Below are positions 35,565 to 45,989 of a stretch of DNA of 64,000 bases, one piece after another. The notes beneath the pieces are model-generated. The model saw nothing but the letters and a program-made list of their open reading frames with translations. It had not been told where the DNA came from and made no database searches. The stretch's first letter is position 1. Each line of letters opens with the position of its first letter. Source of the DNA: an uncultured delta proteobacterium (GTDB taxonomy: Bacteria > Myxococcota > Myxococcia > Myxococcales > Anaeromyxobacteraceae); contig CAWFDF010000003.1 in assembly GCA_963814585.1 (NCBI GenBank), forward strand, positions 64,001 through 128,000, written 5' to 3'. The position numbers were made by a program, and so were the translations under genes.

Positions 35565-36965
35565 ATGGACACGTCCGAGAGTGACCTCCTCCGCCACCCG
35601 CTCAGCCTGGCTGGCGCCGCCCTCGCCACCGTCTGCGGGTCCCTGGTGGCCGTGTTCTTCGTCGCTTCGATGGCCGGCTACGAAGGGAACCCCTACCAGG
35701 GAATGGTGGTCTTCGTCGTCGGCCCCTCGCTGATGGTGGTCGGGCTGCTGCTCGTCCCTCTGGGCGCCTGGCGCGAGCGTCGCCGCCTGGTCCGCCTGGC
35801 GGCCAGCGGCGGCGTCGAGTCGCCGCTCCCGGTCGTCGACCTCAACTCCCCGCGCACCCGGAAGCTCGGCCTGGCCTTCCTCGCGCTCACCACCGTCAAC
35901 CTGCTGCTGCTCGCGGCCGCCTCGTACAAGGGGCTGGAGGTCATGGACTCCTCTGCCTTCTGCGGCTCATGCCACTCCGTCATGGACCCCGAGGCCTCGG
36001 CCCACGCCCGCTCGCCCCACGCCCGCGTCCGCTGCGTGGAGTGCCACATCGGCCCCGGGGCCGGCTGGTTCGTGAAGTCCAAGCTCTCCGGCTCCTGGCA
36101 GCTGGTCTCGGTGATGTTCCACCTCTACCCGCGCCCCATCCCCACCCCGGTCCACGCCCTGCGCCCGGCGCGCGACACCTGCGAGCAGTGCCACTGGCCG
36201 ACCAAGTTCGTGGGCGACCGGCTCCAGGTCATCACCCACCACGCCGACGACGCGCCCTCCACGCCGCTCAAGACGGTCCTGCTGGTCCACGTCGGCGGCG
36301 CGCAGGGCGTCTCCTCCCGCGGGATCCACTGGCACGTCGACCAGGGCGTGAGGCTCCGCTACCAGGCCGATGAGCGCCGGGAGAACATCTCCGCGGTCGA
36401 GCTGACCACCTCCGACGGCCCACCGCAGCGCTGGGAGGTGGCCGGGGCTGCCGCCGCGGGCGGGACCTGGCGCGAGATGGACTGCATCGACTGCCACAAC
36501 CGTCCCACCCACGTGTACCGGACCCCCGAGGACGAGGTGGATGCGGCCCTCCTGCACGGCCGGCTCGACCCGCGGCTCCCCTTCCTCCGGCGCGAGGCCG
36601 TCAAGGCGCTCCGCGTCGAGTACCCGGGCCAGGCGGCCGCCCTGGCCGGGCTGCGCGATTCGCTCCGCTCCTTCTACGCCGGCCAGCCGCTCCCGGCCGG
36701 CGTCGCCTCCGCCGCGCTCCTCGACGCGGCCGCCACCGAGCTGGCCGCCATCTGGGGCCGCAACGTCTGGCCGCAGATGAAGATCGCCTGGGGCACCTAC
36801 CCGACCTTCCTCGGCCACGAGCAGGCGCCAGGCTGCCTCCGCTGCCACGATGGCGACCACGCCACGCGCGAGGGCAAGGCCATCTCCGGCGACTGCGACC
36901 TGTGCCACACGATCCTGGCGCAGGAGGAGAAGGACCCGGCCATCCTCAAGCAGCTGGCGCCCTGA
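35565..36965 (+). CDS. membrane-anchored NapC/NirT-like multiheme cytochrome c (6 CxxCH)
   Basis: 3 TM helices; FCGSCH, CVECHIGPG, CEQCH, CIDCH, CLRCH, CDLCH. Confidence 0.85.
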   Translation: MDTSESDLLRHPLSLAGAALATVCGSLVAVFFVASMAGYEGNPYQGMVVFVVGPSLMVVGLLLVPLGAWRERRRLVRLAASGGVESPLPVVDLNSPRTRKLGLAFLALTTVNLLLLAAASYKGLEVMDSSAFCGSCHSVMDPEASAHARSPHARVRCVECHIGPGAGWFVKSKLSGSWQLVSVMFHLYPRPIPTPVHALRPARDTCEQCHWPTKFVGDRLQVITHHADDAPSTPLKTVLLVHVGGAQGVSSRGIHWHVDQGVRLRYQADERRENISAVELTTSDGPPQRWEVAGAAAAGGTWREMDCIDCHNRPTHVYRTPEDEVDAALLHGRLDPRLPFLRREAVKALRVEYPGQAAALAGLRDSLRSFYAGQPLPAGVASAALLDAAATELAAIWGRNVWPQMKIAWGTYPTFLGHEQAPGCLRCHDGDHATREGKAISGDCDLCHTILAQEEKDPAILKQLAP

Positions 36966-37066
36966 GGCCCCACCCGACCTGGGCCGAGCGGTGGTGGCGT
37001 GCCCCGGCGCTGCTGCCCGTCCCGCGCGCCCGGGGCTGATGGTTCCGGGCTATCCTCCCCGACCCC

Positions 37067-38206
37067 GTGATCACGCCCCGCCGCCTCCACATCGCCTACG
37101 CCGTCGACCTGTTCGAGGGCGTCAAGACCGGCGGCGTCATCTCCGCGCAGCGCTTCGTCCGGGCGCTGCGGGAGCGCCACGACGTCACCGTCCTCGCCGG
37201 CGGGCCGAGCCGCGAGGGGCTGGTGGGGCTGCCGCAGTTCACCATCCCGCCCTTCGGCCGGGTGATGCGCCAGATGGGCTTCGTCTTCGCCTGGCCCACC
37301 CGGGCCGCCATCGAGCCGGTGCTGCGTCGCGCCGACGTGCTCCACGTCCAGTTCCCCTTCTGGCTCGGCATCCGCGCCGCCGCGCTGGCGCGCCGGCTGG
37401 GGACGCCGGTGGTGGCGGCCTCGCACCTGCAGCCGGAGAACATGTTCCACAACGTCGGCCTCCGCTCCGCCTGGCTCAACGACCGGACCTGGCGCTTCTT
37501 CATCTCCGCCCTCTACGGCAAGGCCGACCACCTGGTGGTCCCCACCGCCTTCGGCCTGGACGAGCTGCGCCGCCACGGCCTCACCGTCCCGGCCGACGTC
37601 GTCTCCAACGGCATCCCGCCGCAGTTCCACCCCGGCCCCGGCCAGCGGAGCCCGGCCCACGGCGACCGCTTCGTGGTGCTGGCGGTCTCCCGGCTGGCGC
37701 GGGAGAAGCGCATCGACGTCCTCATCGAGGCGGTGGGCCTGGCCCGGAACGCCGCCCGCATCCAGCTGGTCGTCTGCGGCGCCGGGCCGGAGGAGGCCCG
37801 GCTCCGGCAGGCGGCCTCGGCGCTGCCCGTCCCGGTCGAGTTCCGGGTGGTGGAGGTGGACGACGTGCCCGGCGTGCTGCGCGCCGCCGACCTCCTGGTG
37901 CACGCCTCCGAGATCGAGCTGGAGGGGATGGCGGTGCTGGAGGCGCTCGGCACCGGCCTGCCCACGCTGGTGGCCGACGCCCCTTTCAGCGCCGCCGCCC
38001 GGCTGGCCATCGGCGACGAGTTCCGCTTCCCCCCCGGCGACGCCGCGGCGCTGGCGGCCCGCATCGACCACCTCGTCGAGCACCCGGAGCGGCTGGCCGC
38101 CGCCAGCCAGGCGGCCCTCCGCGCCGCCGAGGGGCTGCGGCTGGAGGCCTCGATCGCGAAGCTGGAGGCCATCTACCAGCGCGTGGCGCGGCCGCCGCGC
38201 GGGTGA
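37067..38206 (+). CDS. GT4 family glycosyltransferase (diacylglycerol glycosyltransferase-like)
   Basis: HLQPEN, VSNGI, SRLAREKRIDVLI, ASEIELEGMAVLEA. Confidence 0.88.
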   Translation: MITPRRLHIAYAVDLFEGVKTGGVISAQRFVRALRERHDVTVLAGGPSREGLVGLPQFTIPPFGRVMRQMGFVFAWPTRAAIEPVLRRADVLHVQFPFWLGIRAAALARRLGTPVVAASHLQPENMFHNVGLRSAWLNDRTWRFFISALYGKADHLVVPTAFGLDELRRHGLTVPADVVSNGIPPQFHPGPGQRSPAHGDRFVVLAVSRLAREKRIDVLIEAVGLARNAARIQLVVCGAGPEEARLRQAASALPVPVEFRVVEVDDVPGVLRAADLLVHASEIELEGMAVLEALGTGLPTLVADAPFSAAARLAIGDEFRFPPGDAAALAARIDHLVEHPERLAAASQAALRAAEGLRLEASIAKLEAIYQRVARPPRG

Positions 38207-38276
38207 GGGCGTCGCCTCGCCACGCGGACGGGGGTTCCGCCTGTCCGCGCGGGTGAGGGCGCCGCCTCGCCGCGCG
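38195..38276. repeat. 32-bp imperfect direct repeat (2 copies, 50-bp period) between convergent genes
   Basis: ccgcgcgggtgagggcg(t/c)cgcctcgcc(a/g)cgcg at 38195 and 38245. Confidence 0.8.
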
Positions 38277-38281
38277 AGGGG

Positions 38282-40567
38282 CTACGCCTGGCCGCGCGGC
38301 CGCTCCCGCCGCACGATCCAGAGCGAGCCGGGCAGGGCGGTGAAGTCGGCCAGCATCGCCAGCAGGAAGGCGCCCGAGGTGATGACCCCGAACTGGCGCA
38401 GCGGCGGGAAGCTGGAGAGGGCCAGCCCGAGGAAGCCGGCGGCGTTGATGAGCGTGGCGAAGACGATGGCCCGCCCCGACACCCGCAGCGAGTGGCGCAT
38501 GGCGCCGTCGAGCCCGCCCGCCCCCTCCCCCTCCTGCAGGTGGTGGAAGAAGTGGATCTGGTCGTTCTCGGTGGTGCCGAGCACGGTGGTGGCGATGAGG
38601 ATGGTGGCCACGTTGAGGGCGCCCCCCATCAGCCGCATCCCCAGGAAGGTGACCAGGATGGCGAAGACCGACGGGATCATCGCCATGAGCCGCGCCGAGG
38701 GGCTGCGGAAGACGAGGAGGAAGGCGGCGAAGATGAGGGCCGCGGTGAGGGTGAAGCTCTCGCTCAGCGTCGGCACCAGCGCGGCGCCGACCTTGGCCTG
38801 GAGCAGCGACTCGCCCACCACCCGCAGCTCGGCGCCCTGGAAGGCCGGGTCGCCGGCCACGGTCCGGTCCCAGGCCTGGCGCACCCCGGCCACCAGCCGC
38901 AGGTTGTCGGCCTCGTCGTGGCCGTCGAAGACCACGGTGAGCTGGGCGTTCCCCAGCGTGGCCACGTCGATGAAGCCGCGCAGCTCGGGCTGGGTGAGCA
39001 GGAGCTGCTCGACGTCGCCGGCCAGCCGCTCGAACTCGGCCGGGTCCTGCGGCAGCCGCTCCCCCTGGCCGGCCAGGTAGCGCCGCATGCGCAGGAAGGT
39101 GGTCGGCCCCACCACCGCCGAGACCCCGGGGAGCGCCTCCACCGCGCTGGCGAACCGGTCCAGGCCGCGCAGGACCTCGGGCTCGACCACCGCGCCCGGC
39201 GCGGTCCGGACCCAGGCCCGCGCCACGCCCAGCCCCGAGACGTGCTGGCGGAAGAAGCGCATGTCCCGGGCGATGGCCAGCGACGGATCCGACGTAGTCG
39301 AGCGAGTCGACGCCCACCTTCATGGGCTCGAGGCGCCCGGGGAGGCCGAAGAGCGCCACCAGCCCGCGCCGCCGAGAGCAGGAGCGAGCCGGCCACCAGC
39401 GGCCAGCGGAGCCGGTACGTGAAGGCGGGGATGGCCTCGGCGACGCGGTCGTAGAGCGCGGTGCGGATGGCCACCGTTCGCCCGGTGGGGGTTCGCAGCG
39501 CCTTCTGCAGGGCCGGGAAGAGCGTGAAGGCCACCACCCAGGAGATGGCCAGTCCCGCCGCCGTCCACAGCCCCATCTCCCGCACCGGGCGGATCCTCGA
39601 CACCGCCAGCGCCGCGAAGCCCAGCACCGCGGCCACGCTGGAGGCGGTCACCGGCAGGAACTTGCTGGCCAGCGCCTGGAGCTGGTGCTGGTCCACCGTC
39701 ACGCCCTCGGGCTGGTCGACGAAGCGGGAGTGCAGGTAGACCAGCGAGGCCAGCGCCGTCACCATCACCGTGAGCGGGACCAGCGCCGAGACCACCGTGA
39801 AGGAGAACCCGAGCAGCTGCCCCACCCCCACCGCCAGCGCCACCGCCGAGCCCAGCGCCAGCAGCACCGCCAGCAGCGAGCGGACCGAGCGGTAGAGGAA
39901 GAGCGCCAGCCCGACCACCAGCAGGCCGAAGACCGGGAACCAGCGGACCGAGGCCTGGCCCGACTCGCGCTCGATCCAGGACTCGACGTAGGGCGCCCCC
40001 ACCTTGCGGACCAGGCGCACCGCCGGATCGCGGCGTGGCGTCGATGGCGGCGTCGATGGCGGCCAGCGTGGCGTCACGCGCGGCGGCCCCTTCGCTGGGG
40101 AAGGCCACCGCCTGGCCGAGGAAGGTCGGGCCCACCAGCCCCTGCTGACGGAACAGGCTGGCGCCGGTGGCGAAGGTGCGGAAGGCGGCGGCCCCCTCCG
40201 CCGTGAAGGCGAACCCGGGGCGAGCCGTGCGGAAGGCGTCGAGGGCCTGGATGACCGAGACGCCCTTCACGCCGCGGACGGCGCGGGCCAGCGCGTCGGA
40301 CTCGGCCAGCACCTCCGGCCGCCACGGGTCGTCGGCCTCGAGGAGCAGCATCACCAGGTGCCCCTCCGGGAAGACCTCCTGGAAGGCGCGGGTGGCGACG
40401 TAGTCGGGGTCCGACGGCATCACCAGGCCGGAGATGGCCCCCTCCGACGGGATCCGCGTCGCCAGCCACGCCGAGGCCGGGACCAGCAGCGCGTAGAGGA
40501 CGAGGACGGGGACGCGCAGCGCCACGATGCGCGCGAAGATCCGCTCCAGCCGGGGGCGCGGGGCCAT
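38282..40567 (-). CDS. MMPL/RND family transporter (BstA-like), split by about 3 frameshifts
   Basis: Consecutive MMPL segments in ORFs 39320-40585, 38764-40077 and 38282-39262; GFAALAVSRIRPVREMG; GFLGLALSSFPPLRQFG. Confidence 0.8.
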
Positions 40568-40601
40568 CGCTGCCGAACCTACCACGCGCTAGACTCCCGG
40601 C

Positions 40602-41462
40602 ATGCGCCGCGCGCTCGCCCGCCCGTTGCTCGCCGTCCTGCTGCCGCTGTCCGTCGCCTGGCCCCTGGCGGCCCGCGCCGCCGAGCCGCCGGCCACCACG
40701 CTGGTGGCCTGCGCCCCGGGCTACCCCGGCACCACCGCCGAGGCCCAGCCGTCCATGGAGGCCTTCGCCGCCGCGCTGGCCCGCCAGGCCGGCTGGCCGC
40801 CGGCCCGCCTCGGCGCCACCTACCTGTCCACCGAGAAGGAGGGGCTGGCCCGCCTGGCCGCCCCCGGCGCCACCGTGGCGCTCGTCCCCCTCCCCTTCCT
40901 GCTGCAGCACCGCGCCGCGCTCGGGCTCACGCCCCGCCTCACCGTCGAGCAGAAGGGGCTGGGGCCGGCCGAGACCTGGGTGCTGGTCGCGAGGAAGGGG
41001 CGCGTGCACGGCCCCGCCGACCTGGCCGGCTTCACCGTGGTCTCGATCGCCGGCTACGCGCCCGGCTTCGTGCGCGGCGTGCTGGGCCCGGCCTGGCGCC
41101 TGCCGGGGTCGGTCAAGGTGGTCGAGTCGGGGCAGGTGCTGTCGGCGCTGCGCCGGGCGGTGAAGGGCGAGGACGTGGCGCTGCTGCTGGACGGCGCGCA
41201 GGGGGCGGCCCTCCCCGGCCTGCCGTTCTTCGCCGACCTCGACCTGCTGGCCCGCTCGGCGCCGCTGCCGGCCGCGCTGGTGGCCACGGTGGGGACGCGG
41301 CTCCCGGCGGCCCGCTGGGCCGAGCTGGAGAAGGCGTTGCTGGCGCTGCCGGGCGAGCCGGCCGGCGCCGCCGCGCTCGACGCCATCCGCATGGTGAGGT
41401 TCACGCCCGCGGACGTGAAGACCATCGACGCGGTGGGCCGGCTGGCGGGGAGCGGGCGTTGA
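40602..41462 (+). CDS. PhnD/phosphonate-binding-like periplasmic protein (BstB-like)
   Basis: Signal peptide; PBP type 2-like pattern (WVLVARKG...DLAG; SAPLPAALV). Confidence 0.65.
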   Translation: MRRALARPLLAVLLPLSVAWPLAARAAEPPATTLVACAPGYPGTTAEAQPSMEAFAAALARQAGWPPARLGATYLSTEKEGLARLAAPGATVALVPLPFLLQHRAALGLTPRLTVEQKGLGPAETWVLVARKGRVHGPADLAGFTVVSIAGYAPGFVRGVLGPAWRLPGSVKVVESGQVLSALRRAVKGEDVALLLDGAQGAALPGLPFFADLDLLARSAPLPAALVATVGTRLPAARWAELEKALLALPGEPAGAAALDAIRMVRFTPADVKTIDAVGRLAGSGR

Positions 41463-42139
41463 GGAGGCGCCCCGCCGTCACGCGCGGCGTGGCGCTGGCG
41501 CTCCTGTCCGCCGCCTGCGCCACGGCGCAGCGGCCGGGGCCACCCGCGACCGGGCCGGAGATCGCGACCGGGGCCGCCGACCAGCCCGCCGCGCTGGCCG
41601 CCCGGGCCCGCGCCGCGGTGAGCCGGAGCGACGAGGAGCCGGACGCCGCCGCGCGCTCGGCCCTGGTTCGGGAGGCCATGGAGGCCGGCCAGCGCTGCGA
41701 GGAGCTGGCGCCGTCCACGCCGACATGCGACTACGCGCTGGCGCTCGCCCTGGGCGTCCAGGCCCGCGAGCAGCGGGCCACCGCCCTGTCGACGCTGCCG
41801 GCCATGGTGAAGCTGCTGCGGGCGGCGGCGGCGGGGGAGCCCGGGCTCGACTCCGCCGGGCCGAACCGGGTGCTGGCGATCCTGCTGGTGCGCGCGCCGG
41901 GCTGGCCGCTCGGGCCGGGCGACGCCGAGGCCGGCGTGGAGTCGGCCCGGCGGGCGGTGGCGCTCTTCCCCGACCACGCCCCCAACCTCACGGCGCTGGC
42001 CGAGGCGCTTCGCGCCAGCGGGGACGAGACGGGCGCGGCGGCGGCGGCGCAGCGCGCCCTGGCGCTGGCCAGGCAGGCCGTGGAGGCCGGACAGCCGGAG
42101 GGGCCTCGCTGGCTGCGGGAGGCGGAGCGGCTCCGGTGA
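41459..42139 (+). CDS. TPR / TRAP TatT-like lipoprotein (BstC-like)
   Basis: Lipobox LSAAC; CDYALALALG, AGPNRVLAILLVRAPGWPLGPGD, RAVALFPDHAPN; start uncertain (TTG overlapping the upstream stop). Confidence 0.65.
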   Translation: MRRRPAVTRGVALALLSAACATAQRPGPPATGPEIATGAADQPAALAARARAAVSRSDEEPDAAARSALVREAMEAGQRCEELAPSTPTCDYALALALGVQAREQRATALSTLPAMVKLLRAAAAGEPGLDSAGPNRVLAILLVRAPGWPLGPGDAEAGVESARRAVALFPDHAPNLTALAEALRASGDETGAAAAAQRALALARQAVEAGQPEGPRWLREAERLR

Positions 42140-42336
42140 CGCCGTCGCGAGCTCGGCGTGGCGCCCGGGTGGCCAGGGAGGCGGCCCTGCGCCATGCCAG
42201 GCCTGACGGCCGCACCCTCTTCGGGGAGCCCGGTCGTCCTCCTTGCCGCGACGCGGTGGCCGCCGGATGATTCTCCGGCGGGAATCGAGCAGGCGGCCGG
42301 GTCGGACGCGCCTCCCGGTCCCGCCCAGGGGGATCG

Positions 42337-43164
42337 ATGGCGGCACCGCACCCGAGGACTCCCCTCCGCGTCGTCGACCTGGCTCCCGACCAGGAGCGGC
42401 TCTACTTCGCCTGCCTGGAGGACTGGCCCGGCGCCGACCTGGCCGGCGCCGGCGATCACAAGGCCCGCTGGTACCAGCGGGCACGCCAGCAGGGGCTGCG
42501 CGTGAAGCTGGCCCTCGACGTCGACGGCGAGGTGGGCGGCATGATCCAGTACCTGCCCATCGAGCAGGCGCCCGCGGTGGGCCGCGACCTCCACTTCATC
42601 CTCTGCGTCTGGGTCCACGGCCATCGCCAGGGGCGCGGCGACCGGCGGGGGCACGGGCTGGGCACCGCCCTGCTCGAGGCCGCCGAGGCCGACGCGCGGG
42701 CGCTGGGGTCGAAGGGGATGGCGGCGTGGGGGCTGGCCCTGCCGTTCTGGATGCGGGCCTCGTGGTTCCGCCGCCACGGCTACCGGAAGGCGGAGCGGCG
42801 AGGGCTCTCGGCGCTGGTCTGGAAGCCCTTCCGCCCCGACGCCGTGGCCCCGCGCTGGCTCGCCGAGACCGGCCGACGTCCCGACCCGGCGCCGGGGAAG
42901 GTGGCGGTCACCGCCTGCCTGAGCGGCTGGTGCCCGGCGCAGAACCTCGCCTTCGAGCGGGCCCGCCGGGCGGCGCTGCCGCACGGGGAGAAGGTCGAGG
43001 TCCGCCTGATCGACACCTCCGATCGCGCCACCATGGAGTCCTGGGGACAGTCCGACGCCCTCTTCGTCGACGGCCAGCAGGTCCGGACCGGGCCGCCGCC
43101 GTCGCAGCAGCAGCTGGTCCGCCTCATCGGCAGGCGGGTGGCGCGGCTCGAGGCGGCGCCATAG
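42337..43164 (+). CDS. GNAT acetyltransferase with C-terminal YoaP/thioredoxin-like domain
   Basis: GMIQYLPIE, ILCVWV, RRGHGLGTALLEAAE; C-terminal SGWCP. Confidence 0.8.
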   Translation: MAAPHPRTPLRVVDLAPDQERLYFACLEDWPGADLAGAGDHKARWYQRARQQGLRVKLALDVDGEVGGMIQYLPIEQAPAVGRDLHFILCVWVHGHRQGRGDRRGHGLGTALLEAAEADARALGSKGMAAWGLALPFWMRASWFRRHGYRKAERRGLSALVWKPFRPDAVAPRWLAETGRRPDPAPGKVAVTACLSGWCPAQNLAFERARRAALPHGEKVEVRLIDTSDRATMESWGQSDALFVDGQQVRTGPPPSQQQLVRLIGRRVARLEAAP

Positions 43165-43259
43165 GAAAGGTCCGGACCGGGCCGTCGCAGCGGCTACTGG
43201 TCCGCCTGGTCGGCAGGCGGGTGGCGCGGCTCGAGGGGGCGCCGTAGGAAGGGTCCGGA
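43079..43259. repeat. tandem duplication of the last ~85 bp of the GNAT gene (2 copies + partial third)
   Basis: aggtccggaccgggccg...cggcaggcgggtggcgcggctcgagg.ggcgcc.taggaa at 43079-43167 and 43168-43250; gggtccgga again at 43251. Confidence 0.88.
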
Positions 43260-44519
43260 AGGCGTGTCGCTCGCCCGTTCCTCAGCTCGTGCCGCCGACC
43301 TGGCGTACCGTCCGACGGTCCGCGCGCCGAAGGCCTGCCTCGCAGCCAAGGCGTTGTGCCGTGCGCAGACGACGCGAAGATTCGCGACCGTGCTCTCCCC
43401 TCCCCTCGCCCACGGCTCCAGGTGGTCGAGCTCCAGCCGGTGCGTCGAGCCGCAGCGGCCTCCCGAGTCGAGCGGCCAGGCGCAGCGCCCCTGGTCGCGT
43501 GCCCAGACGGCGCGGCGGACGGCGGCGGGGATGGCCTCACGAGGGCCGGTGCGGCGGTGGAGGGGCTCGGTGGCGGTGCCGAAGCAGGAGCCGTCGGATG
43601 CGGGCGGCCGCGGCGCGACCTCGTCCGGCTCGGCAGGCGCCTGGGGCGTGGGCGCGACCGTTCGCGGCCGCTTCACCTGGCCGCGGGCCCTGGCCTGCTT
43701 CTCCAGCAGGAGCTGGAGCGCCGCGTGGAGCACCTGCTCGGTGGTTGCGCCAGGGATGGCGTGCGAGAGGCCGTCCCTGGCCATCTCCAGCTCCCGCAGG
43801 AACTCCCGACTGACGGTGACGTGAAGCCGGCGCAGGTCGGCGGTGAGCGGCTCGACGTCGTCGCGGGTGGGAGGAACCGATCTGCGGGCGAGCTGGGCTG
43901 GCGGGAGTCCAGACGTTTGGACTGCCTCCCCGGTCGGGGTCGGCGCCACCGTGGAGGTTGCCATGGGCAAGCGCCCAGCCGCCGGCCCACCTGGCTCCAC
44001 CGGCTGAAGCCTCCGGTCCCGCTCCACCCTGGTCACGAGGTCGCGCGCCGGCAGCTCCGGCCTGGGCGCCAGCGCTGCGGTGACCTCCTGGGCCTCTCGC
44101 GCCGAGAGGCCGAAGTACCGGGGCAGCACCTCGTCCCGGTTCTCCCCGGTGAGGACCTTGGCGAGCTCGGCGGTGGTCGACATGCAGAGCCGGCCATCGC
44201 GCAACGGCTCGATGACCTCGGGGTATCGCTGGACCAGCCGCACCGCGCTGAGCCGCCAGTAGGCCCCGCTCCGCGAGAGACCGAGCTCGACTCGCGCGAA
44301 GGAGAAGAGGTTGGCATGTCCCAGCGCCACCCAGCCGCGGCGGGCGTCGAACGCGGAGAGGGCGACCAGGAAATCGGCCATGGCCGACTGCTCCTTCCGA
44401 AGGAGGGCCTTCAGGGCATCACGCTGCTGCCGTGCTTCCAGGAGCTCGAGAGCGGGGGTGGCCGGAGCGTGAACGAGAGCCGCGGCCGAGGACGGGGTCG
44501 GATGGGCGGTGGCGCGCAT
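43194..44519 (-). CDS. DUF222-like HNH endonuclease (myxobacterial multicopy type, possibly mobile)
   Basis: N-terminal FLVALSAFDARRGW..LGHANLFSF...LGLS; C-terminal AIPAAVRRAVWARDQGRC...C...LELDHLEPWARGGESTVANLRVVCARHN. Confidence 0.85.
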   Translation of the reverse strand: MRATAHPTPSSAAALVHAPATPALELLEARQQRDALKALLRKEQSAMADFLVALSAFDARRGWVALGHANLFSFARVELGLSRSGAYWRLSAVRLVQRYPEVIEPLRDGRLCMSTTAELAKVLTGENRDEVLPRYFGLSAREAQEVTAALAPRPELPARDLVTRVERDRRLQPVEPGGPAAGRLPMATSTVAPTPTGEAVQTSGLPPAQLARRSVPPTRDDVEPLTADLRRLHVTVSREFLRELEMARDGLSHAIPGATTEQVLHAALQLLLEKQARARGQVKRPRTVAPTPQAPAEPDEVAPRPPASDGSCFGTATEPLHRRTGPREAIPAAVRRAVWARDQGRCAWPLDSGGRCGSTHRLELDHLEPWARGGESTVANLRVVCARHNALAARQAFGARTVGRYARSAARAEERASDTPSGPFLRRPLEPRHPPADQADQ

Positions 44520-44629
44520 TCACGGATGGTCTCACGCGGGTCTGACATTCTCGGGGCGGCGGAAGGGCATGAAACCCAATAGGGACGCCCATTCCCCGGC
44601 GCAGCCAAGGCGAGTCAGCGAGCCCTGAC

Positions 44630-45920
44630 TCACCCGGTCTCGAGGACTCTGAAGCCGCAGCGACGGAGGTGATCGAAGGTCTCGTCCAGCTCCTGAAGCG
44701 CTGGGACGTAGACGACGGTGCCATCCCGTCCGCGAGTGAGGAGCACCCGGTACGCGTTGACCCGCAACTGGAACGGGTCCCTCACCTTCGCGCCGCGCTT
44801 GTACCCCCTGGCAAGCATGCTGGACCACCGGCCATCCTTGCGGAGCAGGTCGGTCCCCCAGGCAAGCAGGACGGCATCGAGCTCCAGCCCCTGGGCCTGG
44901 AATTCGGTCACCACATCCTTGAGGTGCCGGCATGACAGCGGGTTGGACTCACCTTCGCCAAACCAAGGGCCGACCTTCAGTCGCTTCGTATCCTGGAAGC
45001 CGTTGAGGATCCCGAAGTCCTCCAGCGCCTTGTCCTTCGATGACGCAGCGAGTCCAAACCTCGCATCGCGCGCCTCACCGTAGCGCTCGCGAAGGTAGTC
45101 CTTGGCGACCTCGAGGTCGCGGGTCAGATGCAGCCGGTAGCCGCCCTGGAACAGGCCTTCTGCGATCCTGGAGGCGTCGATCGCACCATGACCATGCTCG
45201 AGCACCTTGGCGACGAAGCCATGGAGGTCAGTAGCCAAGTGGAAGCGGATCTCGGTATCGAGGTTCAGCTTTGCTCGCTCGAGGCGGAGCCTACGGCGGA
45301 ACCGGCTTTTCGCCTACCGGAATCGTGCGACGCCGAAGACTTCGGGTGCCGCCCTGGGAGCACCGTGGACCGTCCAACTCCCGGGCTGGGCGCACCCCTC
45401 GAGCGAGCTGAAGCCAATCTCGCACTGGACCAGGCCGCCTTCCTCGCCGATGTGGATCTCCTGGCCGGTCCCGATCAGCCCGATGACGACACACCACTCC
45501 GGGATGCGCTCGGCGAACTCGATGAAGTGCTCCGGCTCGCTCTTGGGTTTCTCGTGCTCGTGGCTCTCCGCGACCCTGTCCTTGTCCCAGGCCCGCTGCG
45601 CCTCGTCGAAGATGCAAGATGTGCTCCGGCGGGATGAGGTGCCTCTTCCTCGAGTACTTCTTGACGTAGTCCTTGACGCCTCGAACGAACGTCTTGCCCT
45701 CACCGCCGGCGCTCCGGAGTTCGTACTGGAGCACCTGCACCAGCGGGCCATTACCCGAGAGGAAGACGGCCGGGGCGGTCGGCCTCCGCGTTCCGCTCGC
45801 GTCAGCGCCAGGTCGTCCAGGTAGTCCGCGTGGACGACCCGGAGCCCGACCAGGGTCTTTCCGGCCCCGGCACCCCGGTGACGAGGATGAGCCTTCGGCT
45901 CCTCGTTCGTGCAGCCTCAT
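44630..45920 (-). pseudogene. DUF2075 (Schlafen-group SF1 helicase) fragment, N-terminally truncated and frameshifted
   Basis: Broken Walker A GVPG..KTLVGL, FLSGNGPLV, IFDEAQRAW, GQEIHIGEEGG, TEFQAQGLELD, NAYRVLLTRGRDG spread over several frames. Confidence 0.8.
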
Positions 45921-45989
45921 GGACGATTCTTCCTATCTCGGCGACTGCTGGATCGGTCACTGCGGCGGCCCGCCAGACGTCGCGGACCG

